Part shown: one piece after another, positions 37,037 through 46,649 of the stretch
Numbering within the stretch: the first letter of the stretch is position 1
Layout: each line of letters opens with the position of its first letter
Assembly: GCA_964643615.1 (NCBI GenBank)
Contig: CAZXTR010000002.1
Location: 937 to 64,936 of the forward strand
Direction of reading: 5' to 3'
Source: an uncultured Lactobacillales bacterium
GTDB taxonomy: Bacteria; Pseudomonadota; Alphaproteobacteria; CAAHEQ01; UBA3637
Length of the DNA stretch: 64,000 bases
Program-made: the position numbers and the translations under genes
The notes under the pieces: model-generated
What the model saw: the letters and a program-made list of their open reading frames with translations, nothing else
What the model was told of the DNA's origin: nothing
The model's database searches: none

Positions 37037-39238
37037 TTATCCCTTTGAGGCAAGTACTTCGCGTACTTTTTGGATGAGTTGTGATAACCCAAATGGCTTT
37101 GGTAAGAACGAGAACATTTGGGAATCGTCCTTGCCATGACGCGTAAAATCTTCTGAATAGCCGCTCATTAAAATAATTTTTATGTCTGGTTTTTTTTCTT
37201 TGACGATTTTTGCTAAAGTTTCTCCATCCATGCCAGGCATAACCATGTCGGTCAATAATAAATTAAAAGATTTTCCGCTTTCTATTGTTTTTAGTGCCGT
37301 TTCGCCATCATTGCATTCTGTTACGGTAAAGCCTTTGTTACGGAGAACGCAAGAAGAAAATGTGCGGACGGCATCTTCGTCTTCAACAAGTAAAATGTTA
37401 GCGCTACTTGTGGGAACAGTATGTGTCATTTCTAGGGGCTTATTGGAGGATTCTTCTTTTTGTGTAAAACGGGGAAGGTAAATTGTAAATGTTGTCCCTT
37501 CTCCTACAACGCTAGACACATGAATGTATCCATCTGTTTGTGTGATAATGCCATAAACGGTTGATAATCCCAATCCTGTTCCTGAGCCAGCGATACCTTC
37601 TTTTGTGGAAAAAAACGGCTCAAAAATACGATTTAAGTTTTCTTGTTCTATCCCGCATCCTGTGTCCGAAACGGTAATTACGACATATGTTCCAGGAATA
37701 ATGATATCTGAACCAATGGAGCGTGCTTTTTTGACGGTTTCAAGAGAACTTTTAATCGTAAATGTGCCTCCGTTTGGCATAGCGTCGCGGGAATTAACAG
37801 CAAGGTTTAAAAAAACTTGAGTTAATTGAGTGGGGTCAACTTTGACATAGCCTAAATCGGGGGCATGTTTTGCTTTTAAAGCAACCTTTGGCCCAATGCT
37901 TCTGTGAAGCAAAGAAGTGAGGTCCGAAAAGGCGTCGGCAATATCAATCAATTGCGGTTTTAGGGGTTGTTTTTTTGAAAAGGCTAACAATTGCCGGACA
38001 ACTCCTGCAGCTCTGTTTGCATTGTTTTTTATCTGCATAATATTAGCAAAAGAAGGGTCTCCCATTCCGTGTTTTTGAAGAAGTAAATCTGAAAATCCCA
38101 TGATTGCAGTTAACAAGTTGTTGAAATCATGTGCGACTCCACCAGCTAGTTGCCCCATCGCTTGCATTTTTTGAGCATGTGCCATTTGCATTTCTAATTC
38201 TTTGCGCTCATTGGAATCTGTTAAATATAAAACAAAAGAAGACACATCACCTTCTTGGGCTCCATTCAAATATGATTTTAAAGGTGCAATGAATGCAATG
38301 GCGTTTCTGTTTTGTCCTTTTGGGAGAGGAAATGTGAGTTCACATTTTTCAAATTTTTGTGTGCGCATTAAAAGTTTGGATAATTTTAAAGGAAGATTTT
38401 CCTTGCTTTCTACATCAACTAAACTTAAAAAAGATTCGTCCTTTAATTCTTTAAAAGGTTTTAACACCATTCTTTGAAACATGATATTGGTATCCAAAAT
38501 AGATAAATCAATCGCATCAATAATCACGACACCTAAAGGAGCTTGTAGAAGAAATTCATTTTGATTAACCAAGGAAGATTCTGTTGATTGGTGATTGTCC
38601 TCTTGTTTAATGACAATGCTTTGAAACATAGTTGTTCCATCTTGGTCAAAAGAGGTTTGATATACGCGCATGGGAAGCGTTTTTTTCCCCATTTTGAATA
38701 ACACGTCACCGTTCCATGCCCCATTCATATCAGGCAAAGAACCTTTGATGATTTCTTGTAGATGATGCCCTTTGAGTTCATCTTTTTCAACGTTAATCCA
38801 ATGACATAATACATCATTCATAAATTGAAGACATCCTTCGGAATCAACAATGTAAAGACCGACAGGCAACGAATCGATGGATTCTTGTAAAACAGCTTGC
38901 TCTTGATGAATTAAATTTAACATTTCTACTTCATCCGAAATGTCTTGAGCAATTAAAATTAAATCTGTGCCCATTCTTTTTAAGAATATGTGGAATGTTT
39001 TGTCTTCAAGTTCTATTTGAGCGTCAATAGGGCAACGTTTTGCGTAAGCATCTTTTAATTTTTCTAAAACGCTTTGTTGAAGCGTTTCTTTTAAAAATGC
39101 AAAAGGATCTGATTGTTTAAAAAGATGTTCACCTTTTTTATTACTGGCGACGATTCGCCCTTTTTTATCGCGGATCTGACGTGCATCTTTTTCTATATCT
39201 AATAAATCTCGCAACGCTTTGTTTTTAAACTTTAACAT
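37037..39238 (-). CDS. Hybrid sensor histidine kinase (PAS/PAC-HisKA-HATPase-REC). It may be CckA-like.
   Basis: H-box GGVAHDFNNLLTAIMG, an HATPase_c G-boxes, and a C-terminal receiver domain (ILLVEDEDAVR...LTDMVMPGMDG...KIILMSGY). Confidence 0.8.
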   Translation of the reverse strand: MLKFKNKALRDLLDIEKDARQIRDKKGRIVASNKKGEHLFKQSDPFAFLKETLQQSVLEKLKDAYAKRCPIDAQIELEDKTFHIFLKRMGTDLILIAQDISDEVEMLNLIHQEQAVLQESIDSLPVGLYIVDSEGCLQFMNDVLCHWINVEKDELKGHHLQEIIKGSLPDMNGAWNGDVLFKMGKKTLPMRVYQTSFDQDGTTMFQSIVIKQEDNHQSTESSLVNQNEFLLQAPLGVVIIDAIDLSILDTNIMFQRMVLKPFKELKDESFLSLVDVESKENLPLKLSKLLMRTQKFEKCELTFPLPKGQNRNAIAFIAPLKSYLNGAQEGDVSSFVLYLTDSNERKELEMQMAHAQKMQAMGQLAGGVAHDFNNLLTAIMGFSDLLLQKHGMGDPSFANIMQIKNNANRAAGVVRQLLAFSKKQPLKPQLIDIADAFSDLTSLLHRSIGPKVALKAKHAPDLGYVKVDPTQLTQVFLNLAVNSRDAMPNGGTFTIKSSLETVKKARSIGSDIIIPGTYVVITVSDTGCGIEQENLNRIFEPFFSTKEGIAGSGTGLGLSTVYGIITQTDGYIHVSSVVGEGTTFTIYLPRFTQKEESSNKPLEMTHTVPTSSANILLVEDEDAVRTFSSCVLRNKGFTVTECNDGETALKTIESGKSFNLLLTDMVMPGMDGETLAKIVKEKKPDIKIILMSGYSEDFTRHGKDDSQMFSFLPKPFGLSQLIQKVREVLASKG

Positions 39239-39584
39239 ATCGCTTCCTTTTATTTTTTAATCTAGCAAATATCCAAAAAAGAATCGAGTGTTTTTTGAAA
39301 AGGACTCTATTTGCTAAAAAATCAAATTTTTTTTCTTTATAAAACAAAGTGTTGTTCGTTTTTGTTTCTTTTTAATTTAAAGATTCTAGGAAAATAGCTG
39401 TTTTTAGGACTATTTTTTATTTTGTTCTTTTAAAACAAAAAGTTACTTATAAAATCGTTTTTTGGGGTATGTTTTTGACTTTAAAAAAAGAAAGAATTTA
39501 TTAATAAAAGTTAATACAATTATCTTTGTTTTTCATATAGTTATTTTTATTTTCAAAAAATTATAATTTTATAAAAAAAATGAG

Positions 39585-39613
39585 TTGACTCTTCTTTTTC
39601 GAATCCGTATCGT
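39585..39613 (+). promoter_or_regulatory. Candidate sigma70 promoter for nrdD (TTGACT-17 nt-TATCGT)
   Basis: The hexamers lie in a 435-bp AT-rich leader upstream of nrdD. Confidence 0.4.
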
Positions 39614-39674
39614 GAAGACCACAGCACTTTAAAGTAACTATACGTTGTATGTTTAATAATTTAAAGGATACCAA

Positions 39675-41741
39675 ATGTTGGAAGTGGTAAAAACAAAAGA
39701 ACCGGAGCAACACTATCAAATTGATATAGGGCCACTGCAGAACGTTATTACGCGTGAAGGGCAAACTATTTCGTTTGATGCAAATAAAATTTCTAAAGCT
39801 ATTGAACGTGCGGGGCAAGCGACAGGGGAATTTGGAATGGATGAAGCTTGGTTGATTGCTGAGCAAGTCGTCAAAGTTTTAAAGCATCGCTTTGCGCATG
39901 GGACTGCGCCTGAAATAGAACAGATACAAGATGTCGTCGAACAATCATTGATTTCTTCAAACTATTACAAAACAGCACGTGCCTATATTGTTTACCGTGA
40001 ACAACGAGAAAGAGCGCGCCAAGATAAAAAGGCTGTTGTTGATGTGATTTCTTCGGTTAATGAGTACTTGGATCAATCTGATTGGCGTGTGAAGGCAAAT
40101 TCCAACCAAGGCTATTCTTTAGGCGGCTTAATTTTGAACATATCGGGGAAGATGATTGCTAATTATTGGTTGAACCATGTTTATCCAAAAGAGGTTGGTA
40201 TCGCCCATAAACAAGGAGATTGTCATATTCACGATTTAGATATGTTGTCCGGATATTGTGCAGGATGGTCTTTGCGCATGTTGATAGAAGAAGGCTTTAA
40301 TGGCGTTCCGAATAAAACGGAATCAAAACCCCCAAGACATTTGGTTTCGGCATTTTCTCAAATGATTAATTTTTTGGGTACGCTTCAAAATGAATGGGCT
40401 GGGGCTCAAGCATTTTCTTCTTCTGATACGTATTTGGCTCCGTTTGTTCGTTTTGAAAATTTGAACTATTCGCAGGTTAAACAAGCTATGCAATCGTTTA
40501 TTTTTAATTTGAACGTGCCTTCTCGATGGGGGACTCAGACGCCGTTTACGAATTTGACATTTGATTGGACTTGTCCACAAGATTTGAAAGAAAAGCACCC
40601 GATTATTGGTGGTAAAGAACAAGATTTTACTTTCGGTGATTTGCAAGTAGAAATGAATATGATTAATAGGGCTTTCTTAGAAGTGATGTCTGAAGGAGAT
40701 GCAAAGGGGCGTCCTTTTACTTTCCCAATTCCGACTTATAACATTACGAATGATTTCCCCTGGGATTCAGAAAATATTGATTTGTTGTTTGAAATGACGG
40801 CGAAGTATGGGTTACCTTATTTTTCGAATTATTTAAGTTCGGATATGAAGCCATCGGACGTGCGGTCGATGTGTTGTCGGTTGCGTTTGGATTTGACGGA
40901 GTTAAAACGTCGTGGTGGTGGTTTGTTCGGATCTGCTGAGCAAACGGGCTCTATTGGTGTCGTGACTTTAAATTGTGCTCGATTAGGATATTTGTACAAA
41001 GATGATAAAGACGCATTGTACAAGCGCTTGGATGAACTGTTGATTTTGGCCAAAACGTCGTTAGAGTTAAAACGGAAAACAATTACAGACCTTATGAGCC
41101 AAGGGCTTTATCCATTTACAAAGCGTTATTTAGGAACTTTTAGAAACCATTTTTCTACAATCGGCGTTAATGGCATTAATGAGATGATTCGCAATTTTAC
41201 GGACGATGCTCATAATATTGCAGATGAGTATGGGATTAAAATGGCCGGTGATTTTTTGGATTATATCCGCCAAAAGATGATTGAGTTTCAAGAAGAAACT
41301 GGGAATATGTATAATTTGGAGGCAACTCCTGCCGAAGGCGCTACCTATCGTTTTGCTCGTGAAGATCAAAAACGTTTCCCAGATATTTTACAAGCAGGAA
41401 CGCATGATGCTCCATATTATACAAATTCTTCTCAATTGCCTTCTGGTTATACGGATGATCCTTTTGAAGCATTAAACTTGCAAGATGAATTACAAACAAA
41501 ATATACAGGAGGTACAGTCTTACACCTTTATATGAACGAACGTATGTCTGATTGTAAGACTTGCCAAGCTTTTATTCGTCGCGTTCTTGAAAATTATCAT
41601 TTGCCGTATGTGACAATTACCCCGGTGTATTCGATTTGTCCAAAACATGGGTATATTTCTGGCGCGCATAAATTTTGTCCGACTTGTGATGAAGAATTAA
41701 TTGCCGAAAAAATGAAGCAACTTCAAGTTTCGGCATCTTGA
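39675..41741 (+). CDS. nrdD: Anaerobic ribonucleoside-triphosphate reductase NrdD (class III RNR). The body is complete, but the glycyl-radical tail is in a different frame.
   Basis: N-terminal ATP-cone, catalytic barrel, and a C-terminal Zn ribbon (CKTC...CPKHG...CPTC). The ORF stops before the expected RV.GY glycyl-radical motif. Confidence 0.85.
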   Translation: MLEVVKTKEPEQHYQIDIGPLQNVITREGQTISFDANKISKAIERAGQATGEFGMDEAWLIAEQVVKVLKHRFAHGTAPEIEQIQDVVEQSLISSNYYKTARAYIVYREQRERARQDKKAVVDVISSVNEYLDQSDWRVKANSNQGYSLGGLILNISGKMIANYWLNHVYPKEVGIAHKQGDCHIHDLDMLSGYCAGWSLRMLIEEGFNGVPNKTESKPPRHLVSAFSQMINFLGTLQNEWAGAQAFSSSDTYLAPFVRFENLNYSQVKQAMQSFIFNLNVPSRWGTQTPFTNLTFDWTCPQDLKEKHPIIGGKEQDFTFGDLQVEMNMINRAFLEVMSEGDAKGRPFTFPIPTYNITNDFPWDSENIDLLFEMTAKYGLPYFSNYLSSDMKPSDVRSMCCRLRLDLTELKRRGGGLFGSAEQTGSIGVVTLNCARLGYLYKDDKDALYKRLDELLILAKTSLELKRKTITDLMSQGLYPFTKRYLGTFRNHFSTIGVNGINEMIRNFTDDAHNIADEYGIKMAGDFLDYIRQKMIEFQEETGNMYNLEATPAEGATYRFAREDQKRFPDILQAGTHDAPYYTNSSQLPSGYTDDPFEALNLQDELQTKYTGGTVLHLYMNERMSDCKTCQAFIRRVLENYHLPYVTITPVYSICPKHGYISGAHKFCPTCDEELIAEKMKQLQVSAS

Positions 41742-41755
41742 AAAAAGGAGAAAAA

Positions 41756-41953
41756 ATGAATTCAAATATAGAACAATTATTGTTAGATTCGGAACGTCAA
41801 CCTGTTGAATGTTGGACTCGTGTGATGGGATATTTTAGACCTGTGAGCCAATTTAATCGTGGTAAGCAAAGTGAATATGCTGAACGAGTTTGGTTCACTC
41901 AAGAAAAGGCAATAAAAAAGGATTCTTGTTCGCGCCAAGTTGTGAATGGTTGA
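41756..41953 (+). CDS. NrdD C-terminal glycyl-radical domain as a separate or frameshifted ORF
   Basis: ECWTRVMGYFRPVSQFNRGKQSEYAERV matches the class III RNR glycyl-radical consensus R..GY......N.GK..E...R. The ORF overlaps the nrdD stop, and an AGGAG sits 8 nt upstream of its ATG. Confidence 0.55.
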   Translation: MNSNIEQLLLDSERQPVECWTRVMGYFRPVSQFNRGKQSEYAERVWFTQEKAIKKDSCSRQVVNG

Positions 41954-41997
41954 TTTTAAAAGGACTGCTTTAGCGGTCCTTTTTTAAGAGAGATATA

Positions 41998-42705
41998 ATG
42001 TTAAAAATTGCTGGGTTCGTTCCTTTTACGACAATAGATTTCCCTAAAAAATTATCGGCTGTTATTTTTTGTCAAGGATGTCCTTTAAAGTGTCCTTATT
42101 GTCATAATCCTCAAATGCATGAAAGCGTAGAACAATCGGATGTTTTATGGACGGATGTATTAGATTTTTTAAAAACGAGAAAAGGTTTGTTGGATGGCGT
42201 TGTTATAAGTGGTGGAGAACCTTTATTACAGAAAAATTTGTTTGATGCTATCGTCCAATTAAAAGAAATAGGCATGCAAGTAGCATTACATACTTCGGGT
42301 GTGTTGCCGTTGCCATTAAAGGAAGTTTTATCTTTACTTTCATGGATTGGACTAGATATTAAATCCCCATTTGATAAGTATGCACGAGCGACGGGAACTT
42401 TGGAAGCGCAAAAGGTTGGAGAGGCGGTTTGTACCTCTTTGGATATGATTTTAAAGTCGGGCATTCCTTTTGAAACAAGAACAACAACGGATCCTCGCGT
42501 TGTGACAAAAGATTATATTTTGATTATTGCACAACTGTTAAAAGAAAAAGGTGTAACAGATTATGCTTTGCAAGAGTATCGTCCTGCCAACAATGGGCGT
42601 ATGCTAGAACCAACAGAATCTGAAGTGCAATCGTTTTATGTGGATGTTGATTTTTTAAATCGAGTGAAGGCCCTTTTCCCGAATGTAACTATTCGTCGTG
42701 CCTGA
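41998..42705 (+). CDS. nrdG: Anaerobic RNR activating enzyme NrdG (radical SAM)
   Basis: FCQGCPLKCPYCHNP radical-SAM CxxxCxxC cluster. It is adjacent to nrdD. Confidence 0.85.
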   Translation: MLKIAGFVPFTTIDFPKKLSAVIFCQGCPLKCPYCHNPQMHESVEQSDVLWTDVLDFLKTRKGLLDGVVISGGEPLLQKNLFDAIVQLKEIGMQVALHTSGVLPLPLKEVLSLLSWIGLDIKSPFDKYARATGTLEAQKVGEAVCTSLDMILKSGIPFETRTTTDPRVVTKDYILIIAQLLKEKGVTDYALQEYRPANNGRMLEPTESEVQSFYVDVDFLNRVKALFPNVTIRRA

Positions 42706-43179
42706 TTGTTTTTTTAAATAAGGCGAGAATTCTAAAAGAACTTGTTTGTAAACGTGCTTTTTAAAGTCAATAACGTGAACAGGCAAAGTTTCTGGTTTTA
42801 CCCATTTAAAATTATATAATTCTTTATCTTTTCTATTTTTTAAATCTTGAGAAAGACTTTTTCCTGTATATAAAAATAAAAACCATTTTTGGGTTTGTCC
42901 TTTGAACGGCTTTTTTATCTCTTTTACCACCCATTGTGGGAAATCATAAGTATACCAATGTTGGCTTTGCGCAATAAGGCGGACATCCTTTATTCCCGTT
43001 TCTTCAAAAAGTTCTCGATAGGCAGATTCAATGGGTGTTTCGTTGGAGTCAATTCCTCCTTGTGGCATTTGCCATGTTCTTTTGTTCGTATCTTTTGCAC
43101 GCTGCCCTACCAAAACTTCTATTTTGTCGTTTATAATCATTATGCCCGCATTGGGACGATAGGTTTCTAGTGCCATCAT
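42655..43179 (-). CDS. rppH: RNA pyrophosphohydrolase RppH (Nudix)
   Basis: Nudix box GGIDSNETPIESAYRELFEETG. Confidence 0.8.
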   Translation of the reverse strand: MMALETYRPNAGIMIINDKIEVLVGQRAKDTNKRTWQMPQGGIDSNETPIESAYRELFEETGIKDVRLIAQSQHWYTYDFPQWVVKEIKKPFKGQTQKWFLFLYTGKSLSQDLKNRKDKELYNFKWVKPETLPVHVIDFKKHVYKQVLLEFSPYLKKQSGTTNSYIREKGLHSI

Positions 43180-43190
43180 TTTTTCCTTTT

Positions 43191-44165
43191 TTAAAATAGA
43201 GCAGAAACGGGGACAAATTGAAAATCGCTATTTTTATTTTCTTGTATCCATTTTGAAATCGAATTCAATACAATAGGGACAAAAGGGAAAATTAAAATTG
43301 TTGAACCATTTTGTTTCGCAATTTCTTTTGCTTGTGCAAAATAACTATCCAAAGCTTCTGGATATATATTGTCTTTAATATTCATGTCTATAGTTCGCGT
43401 TGATGGTAAATCCAGTGGCGTAGTTGATAGAAAAATTAATCCTTTTTCCAAAATCATTTCCTGTATTAAAGGCAAAAAAAACGGCATATTTTCAAGAACT
43501 GCAGAATCTTTTGATAAAAATCCAGAGATGGGAATAGGCTGATTTAATATTTTTATTAACACCTCTTTGTTTTGTTCTGGCGTTTGAAAAGAATAAATAG
43601 CATTCTTCCCCGCATCGTTATTTGGGAAATTGTCTGTTTCTGTCGGTAAAACGAGCATTGTTTCAAAACCGTTTTGTCGCGCGGCTTCCAATAATTCTTT
43701 CAAGTTTCGGGTGTCTGTTGAAAAAGCAAGAGTTAGATTTTCTGGAAGTGAGGTAAAAGCATCTAAAGTCTTTTTTTCGTGTAGCCCCAAGTCAGACACA
43801 ATTAAAGCAATCTTCTTTTTTGACGGGTCTAAAGGAAAATTTTTTTTATATTTTTCTTTTGCGTTTGTTTGCATTATTAGTGGGGTGTCGGCTTTAATAG
43901 TGTTGAGTGCTGTGTTTGAAAAAATATATTTTAGTTCTTTTCCGGATAAATCAGCTTCTTTTTTTGGCATAGGGGCTGGAATATTCGAAGAATCGTTTAC
44001 TAAACGAGAAGAAATATTTTGTTTGGAATACAAAAATTCAGGAACATAAAACGATATTTTCGGATGCCATTTTTTTTCATGCTCTATAATTTGTGTGGTC
44101 AAAAAGATAGATCTTCCCATCAAATAGAATATTAAACATAAAACAAAGATATGAATAAAGCGCAT
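43191..44165 (-). CDS. Divergent polysaccharide deacetylase family protein (YibQ-like)
   Basis: N-terminal TM helix and the conserved IALIVSDLG...LAFST... core of the DUF610/YibQ family. It sits in the gpmI-envC-ctpA-yibQ cluster. Confidence 0.65.
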   Translation of the reverse strand: MRFIHIFVLCLIFYLMGRSIFLTTQIIEHEKKWHPKISFYVPEFLYSKQNISSRLVNDSSNIPAPMPKKEADLSGKELKYIFSNTALNTIKADTPLIMQTNAKEKYKKNFPLDPSKKKIALIVSDLGLHEKKTLDAFTSLPENLTLAFSTDTRNLKELLEAARQNGFETMLVLPTETDNFPNNDAGKNAIYSFQTPEQNKEVLIKILNQPIPISGFLSKDSAVLENMPFFLPLIQEMILEKGLIFLSTTPLDLPSTRTIDMNIKDNIYPEALDSYFAQAKEIAKQNGSTILIFPFVPIVLNSISKWIQENKNSDFQFVPVSALF

Positions 44166-44166
44166 T

Positions 44167-45492
44167 TTATTCCTTTTGATTTTGTTGATAAATAGAAATA
44201 GATGTCAAAATATCCATAGCTCTATCCAGTTGATAATCTGATTTTTCGTCTTTGTCTATCCCGTTTTTTTCTTTTTTATTGTTGTCGGGTTTGCTTTTTT
44301 CGCCTTCTTCTTGTCCTAATGCTTTAGGTAAGCTTGATTCGCTGTATCCTTCAATGATGGGTAACTCTTTGATTTCTGCCCGTGGAATAAGGACATCAGG
44401 CTCAATGCCTTTGGCTTGAATAGAACGGCCAGATGGCGTATAATATCGAGCGGTAGTCAATTTTAAAGCGCCATATCCAGGGATAGCTTTAACGCTTTGA
44501 ACAGATCCTTTTCCAAACGAAGGTGTTCCGATCAGAACAGCACGTTTGTGGTCTTGTAAGGCCCCTGCAACAATTTCGGATGCTGAAGCAGATCCTTCGT
44601 TAATTAATACAACAATAGGTAGTCCGCCAGTTAAATCCCCAGCTGTAGCGGATAAACGGGATGTTTCTTCTGGCTTTCTGGAGCGTGTCGAAACAATTTC
44701 CCCTGTGTCCAAAAATACATCAGCAACGCCAACAGCTTGTTCTAACAATCCACCGGGGTTGTTACGTAAGTCTAAAATAAATCCTTTGAATTTCTTTTTA
44801 TCGGAAGAGGACATTATTTCCTTGATTGCCTTTTTGACGTTATCTGTTGTCATGTCGCTGAACGTGATAATGCGGATATAACCTATGTCCTTTTTTGCGC
44901 TGAATTTAACAGATTCGATTTTGATAATGTCTCGAGTTAAAGTAACGTCAAACGATTCTTGACTTTTTCTAGAAATGGTTAATTTTAATTTAGTTTTTGG
45001 TTTCCCTCTCATTTTATCAACGGCGTCTGTTAAATTTAAACCCATAACGGCCATTCCATCAATGTGTGTGATCAAATCGCCTGGTTGTAATCCCGCTTTG
45101 AAAGCCGGTGTATCATCCAATGGAGAAACAACTCGGACAAGGCCATTTTCCATAGATACTTCAATACCAATGCCTCCGAATTCACCTTTTGTTTGAACTT
45201 GCATGTCGTCAAAAGAGCGATCATTTAAAAAGCCAGAATGTGGATCCAAAGATGATAACATACCGTCAATTGCGGCTTCGATTAATTTTCTGTCCGAAGT
45301 TTCGTCAACGTAATCTTCCCGAGCCATTTGGAATGCTTCACCGAATAAATCCAATAATAAATAAGGGTCATCTTTGATGGTTTTCGGTTGTGTAGAAAAG
45401 CTTTGCGTTGATAGTAGTAATAAAGCAATGCATGAAATAAAATTTTTTTTTGTCATTTTCTTCCCTTTTTTTGTTGATAAGCGAAGAACCAT
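44167..45492 (-). CDS. ctpA: Carboxyl-terminal processing protease (S41 family)
   Basis: PDZ domain and the S41 catalytic region (LINEGSASASEIVAGALQDHKRAVLIGTPSFGKGSVQ). Confidence 0.88.
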   Translation of the reverse strand: MVLRLSTKKGKKMTKKNFISCIALLLLSTQSFSTQPKTIKDDPYLLLDLFGEAFQMAREDYVDETSDRKLIEAAIDGMLSSLDPHSGFLNDRSFDDMQVQTKGEFGGIGIEVSMENGLVRVVSPLDDTPAFKAGLQPGDLITHIDGMAVMGLNLTDAVDKMRGKPKTKLKLTISRKSQESFDVTLTRDIIKIESVKFSAKKDIGYIRIITFSDMTTDNVKKAIKEIMSSSDKKKFKGFILDLRNNPGGLLEQAVGVADVFLDTGEIVSTRSRKPEETSRLSATAGDLTGGLPIVVLINEGSASASEIVAGALQDHKRAVLIGTPSFGKGSVQSVKAIPGYGALKLTTARYYTPSGRSIQAKGIEPDVLIPRAEIKELPIIEGYSESSLPKALGQEEGEKSKPDNNKKEKNGIDKDEKSDYQLDRAMDILTSISIYQQNQKE

Positions 45493-46649
45493 TCTGATGG
45501 ATTTAGAGGTTCCCCCTCTTGTCGAATTTCAATATATAACTTTTGAGGTTCTGTTGTCGACATATTTCCGATAGGCTCTCCCGTTAAAATGGTTTGACCT
45601 ACTGTTGCGTTGATTTGTCCAAGTCCAGCAAGCAAGGATACAAAGCCTTCACCATGTTCAATAATCAATAAGTTACCATAACTTTTAAAAATGCCTGCAA
45701 ATAAAATAGTGCCGTCAAATGGAGAAACAACTTGCGCCGTTGGGCGTGTTTGCATCGTTATGCCTTTTGCTTTTAAGCCAGATTCTAAAATATCTCCGTA
45801 ACTTTGTATGATTTTCCCTCGTGCTGGCAATGGAATATTTCCTTTTGATTTCATAAATGCCAAACTTTGCCGAGATATTGTGGGGATATCCTTGATAGGA
45901 ACAGGTTTATGTCGTTTTGCTAGTTGGGATAATTGTTGCCGTTCTTTTTGTAACTGATTGAGTAAATCTTTTAAATCTTTAGCCTGCTTTCCAAGAATTT
46001 CACTTTTTTGTTTGGCTTGATTGCTTTCTGTTTCAAAATGCGTTTGCAAAACGAATTTTTGCTTCATGAGTTTTTCCATGTTTTCTTTTTCAGTTTCTAA
46101 TCGTGCTGAAGCCACTTTAATTTGTAAAGTTTGGCTGCGCATCGCTGCCTGTAAAGAAGTAAGCATGTCTAAATCTTTTTGTAATTGTTCTGTGCCTGCT
46201 TGCAAAGAATAACAGCTTTCTTTTAATAAAATCGCAGAGCGGAGTGTTTGAACGGGCGTTTGTGTTTGAAATATCAATATTTCAGGGGGGTTAATTGCGA
46301 TTTTTTGTAATCCACTTAATAATTTCATTAATTGACTTTGCTTAATCGCGAATTGTTGTTTTAAAGAAGTTTCTTGAAGTTTTAATTCATTCAATTTTTG
46401 TTCTAATTTATTTAGAGTTTCTTCAAAATCTTGAACAGAGGAAGCCGCTTTTACCATCTTTTTTTGTACTAAAGAAACTTCGGATGCAACGCTTTTGGCT
46501 TTTTCCTGTAATTGTTGATGTGATTTTTGTTCTTCTTTTATTTTTTGTTGTATTTTTTGCAAATCTGCATTCGATGGAATGGCCTGTACCACCGTTCCAT
46601 GTCCTATGGCTAGACACAAAAAGGAAAGGACAAATATCTTTTTTTTCAT
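45453..46649 (-). CDS. Murein hydrolase activator / M23 peptidase-domain protein (EnvC/NlpD-like)
   Basis: Signal peptide, a long coiled coil, and a C-terminal LytM/M23 domain. Confidence 0.8.
   Translation of the reverse strand: MKKKIFVLSFLCLAIGHGTVVQAIPSNADLQKIQQKIKEEQKSHQQLQEKAKSVASEVSLVQKKMVKAASSVQDFEETLNKLEQKLNELKLQETSLKQQFAIKQSQLMKLLSGLQKIAINPPEILIFQTQTPVQTLRSAILLKESCYSLQAGTEQLQKDLDMLTSLQAAMRSQTLQIKVASARLETEKENMEKLMKQKFVLQTHFETESNQAKQKSEILGKQAKDLKDLLNQLQKERQQLSQLAKRHKPVPIKDIPTISRQSLAFMKSKGNIPLPARGKIIQSYGDILESGLKAKGITMQTRPTAQVVSPFDGTILFAGIFKSYGNLLIIEHGEGFVSLLAGLGQINATVGQTILTGEPIGNMSTTEPQKLYIEIRQEGEPLNPSEWFFAYQQKKGRK

Noticed and set aside
39239-39674. Possible NrdR box in the long AT-rich nrdD leader
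   Set aside because: I could not find a convincing 16-bp palindrome of the acaCwAtATaTwGtgt type by eye. Only a sigma70-like promoter is reported.
40323-40646. 107-aa minus-strand ORF inside nrdD
   Set aside because: It is antisense to a conserved RNR coding region. It is basic, low-complexity and lacks an RBS.
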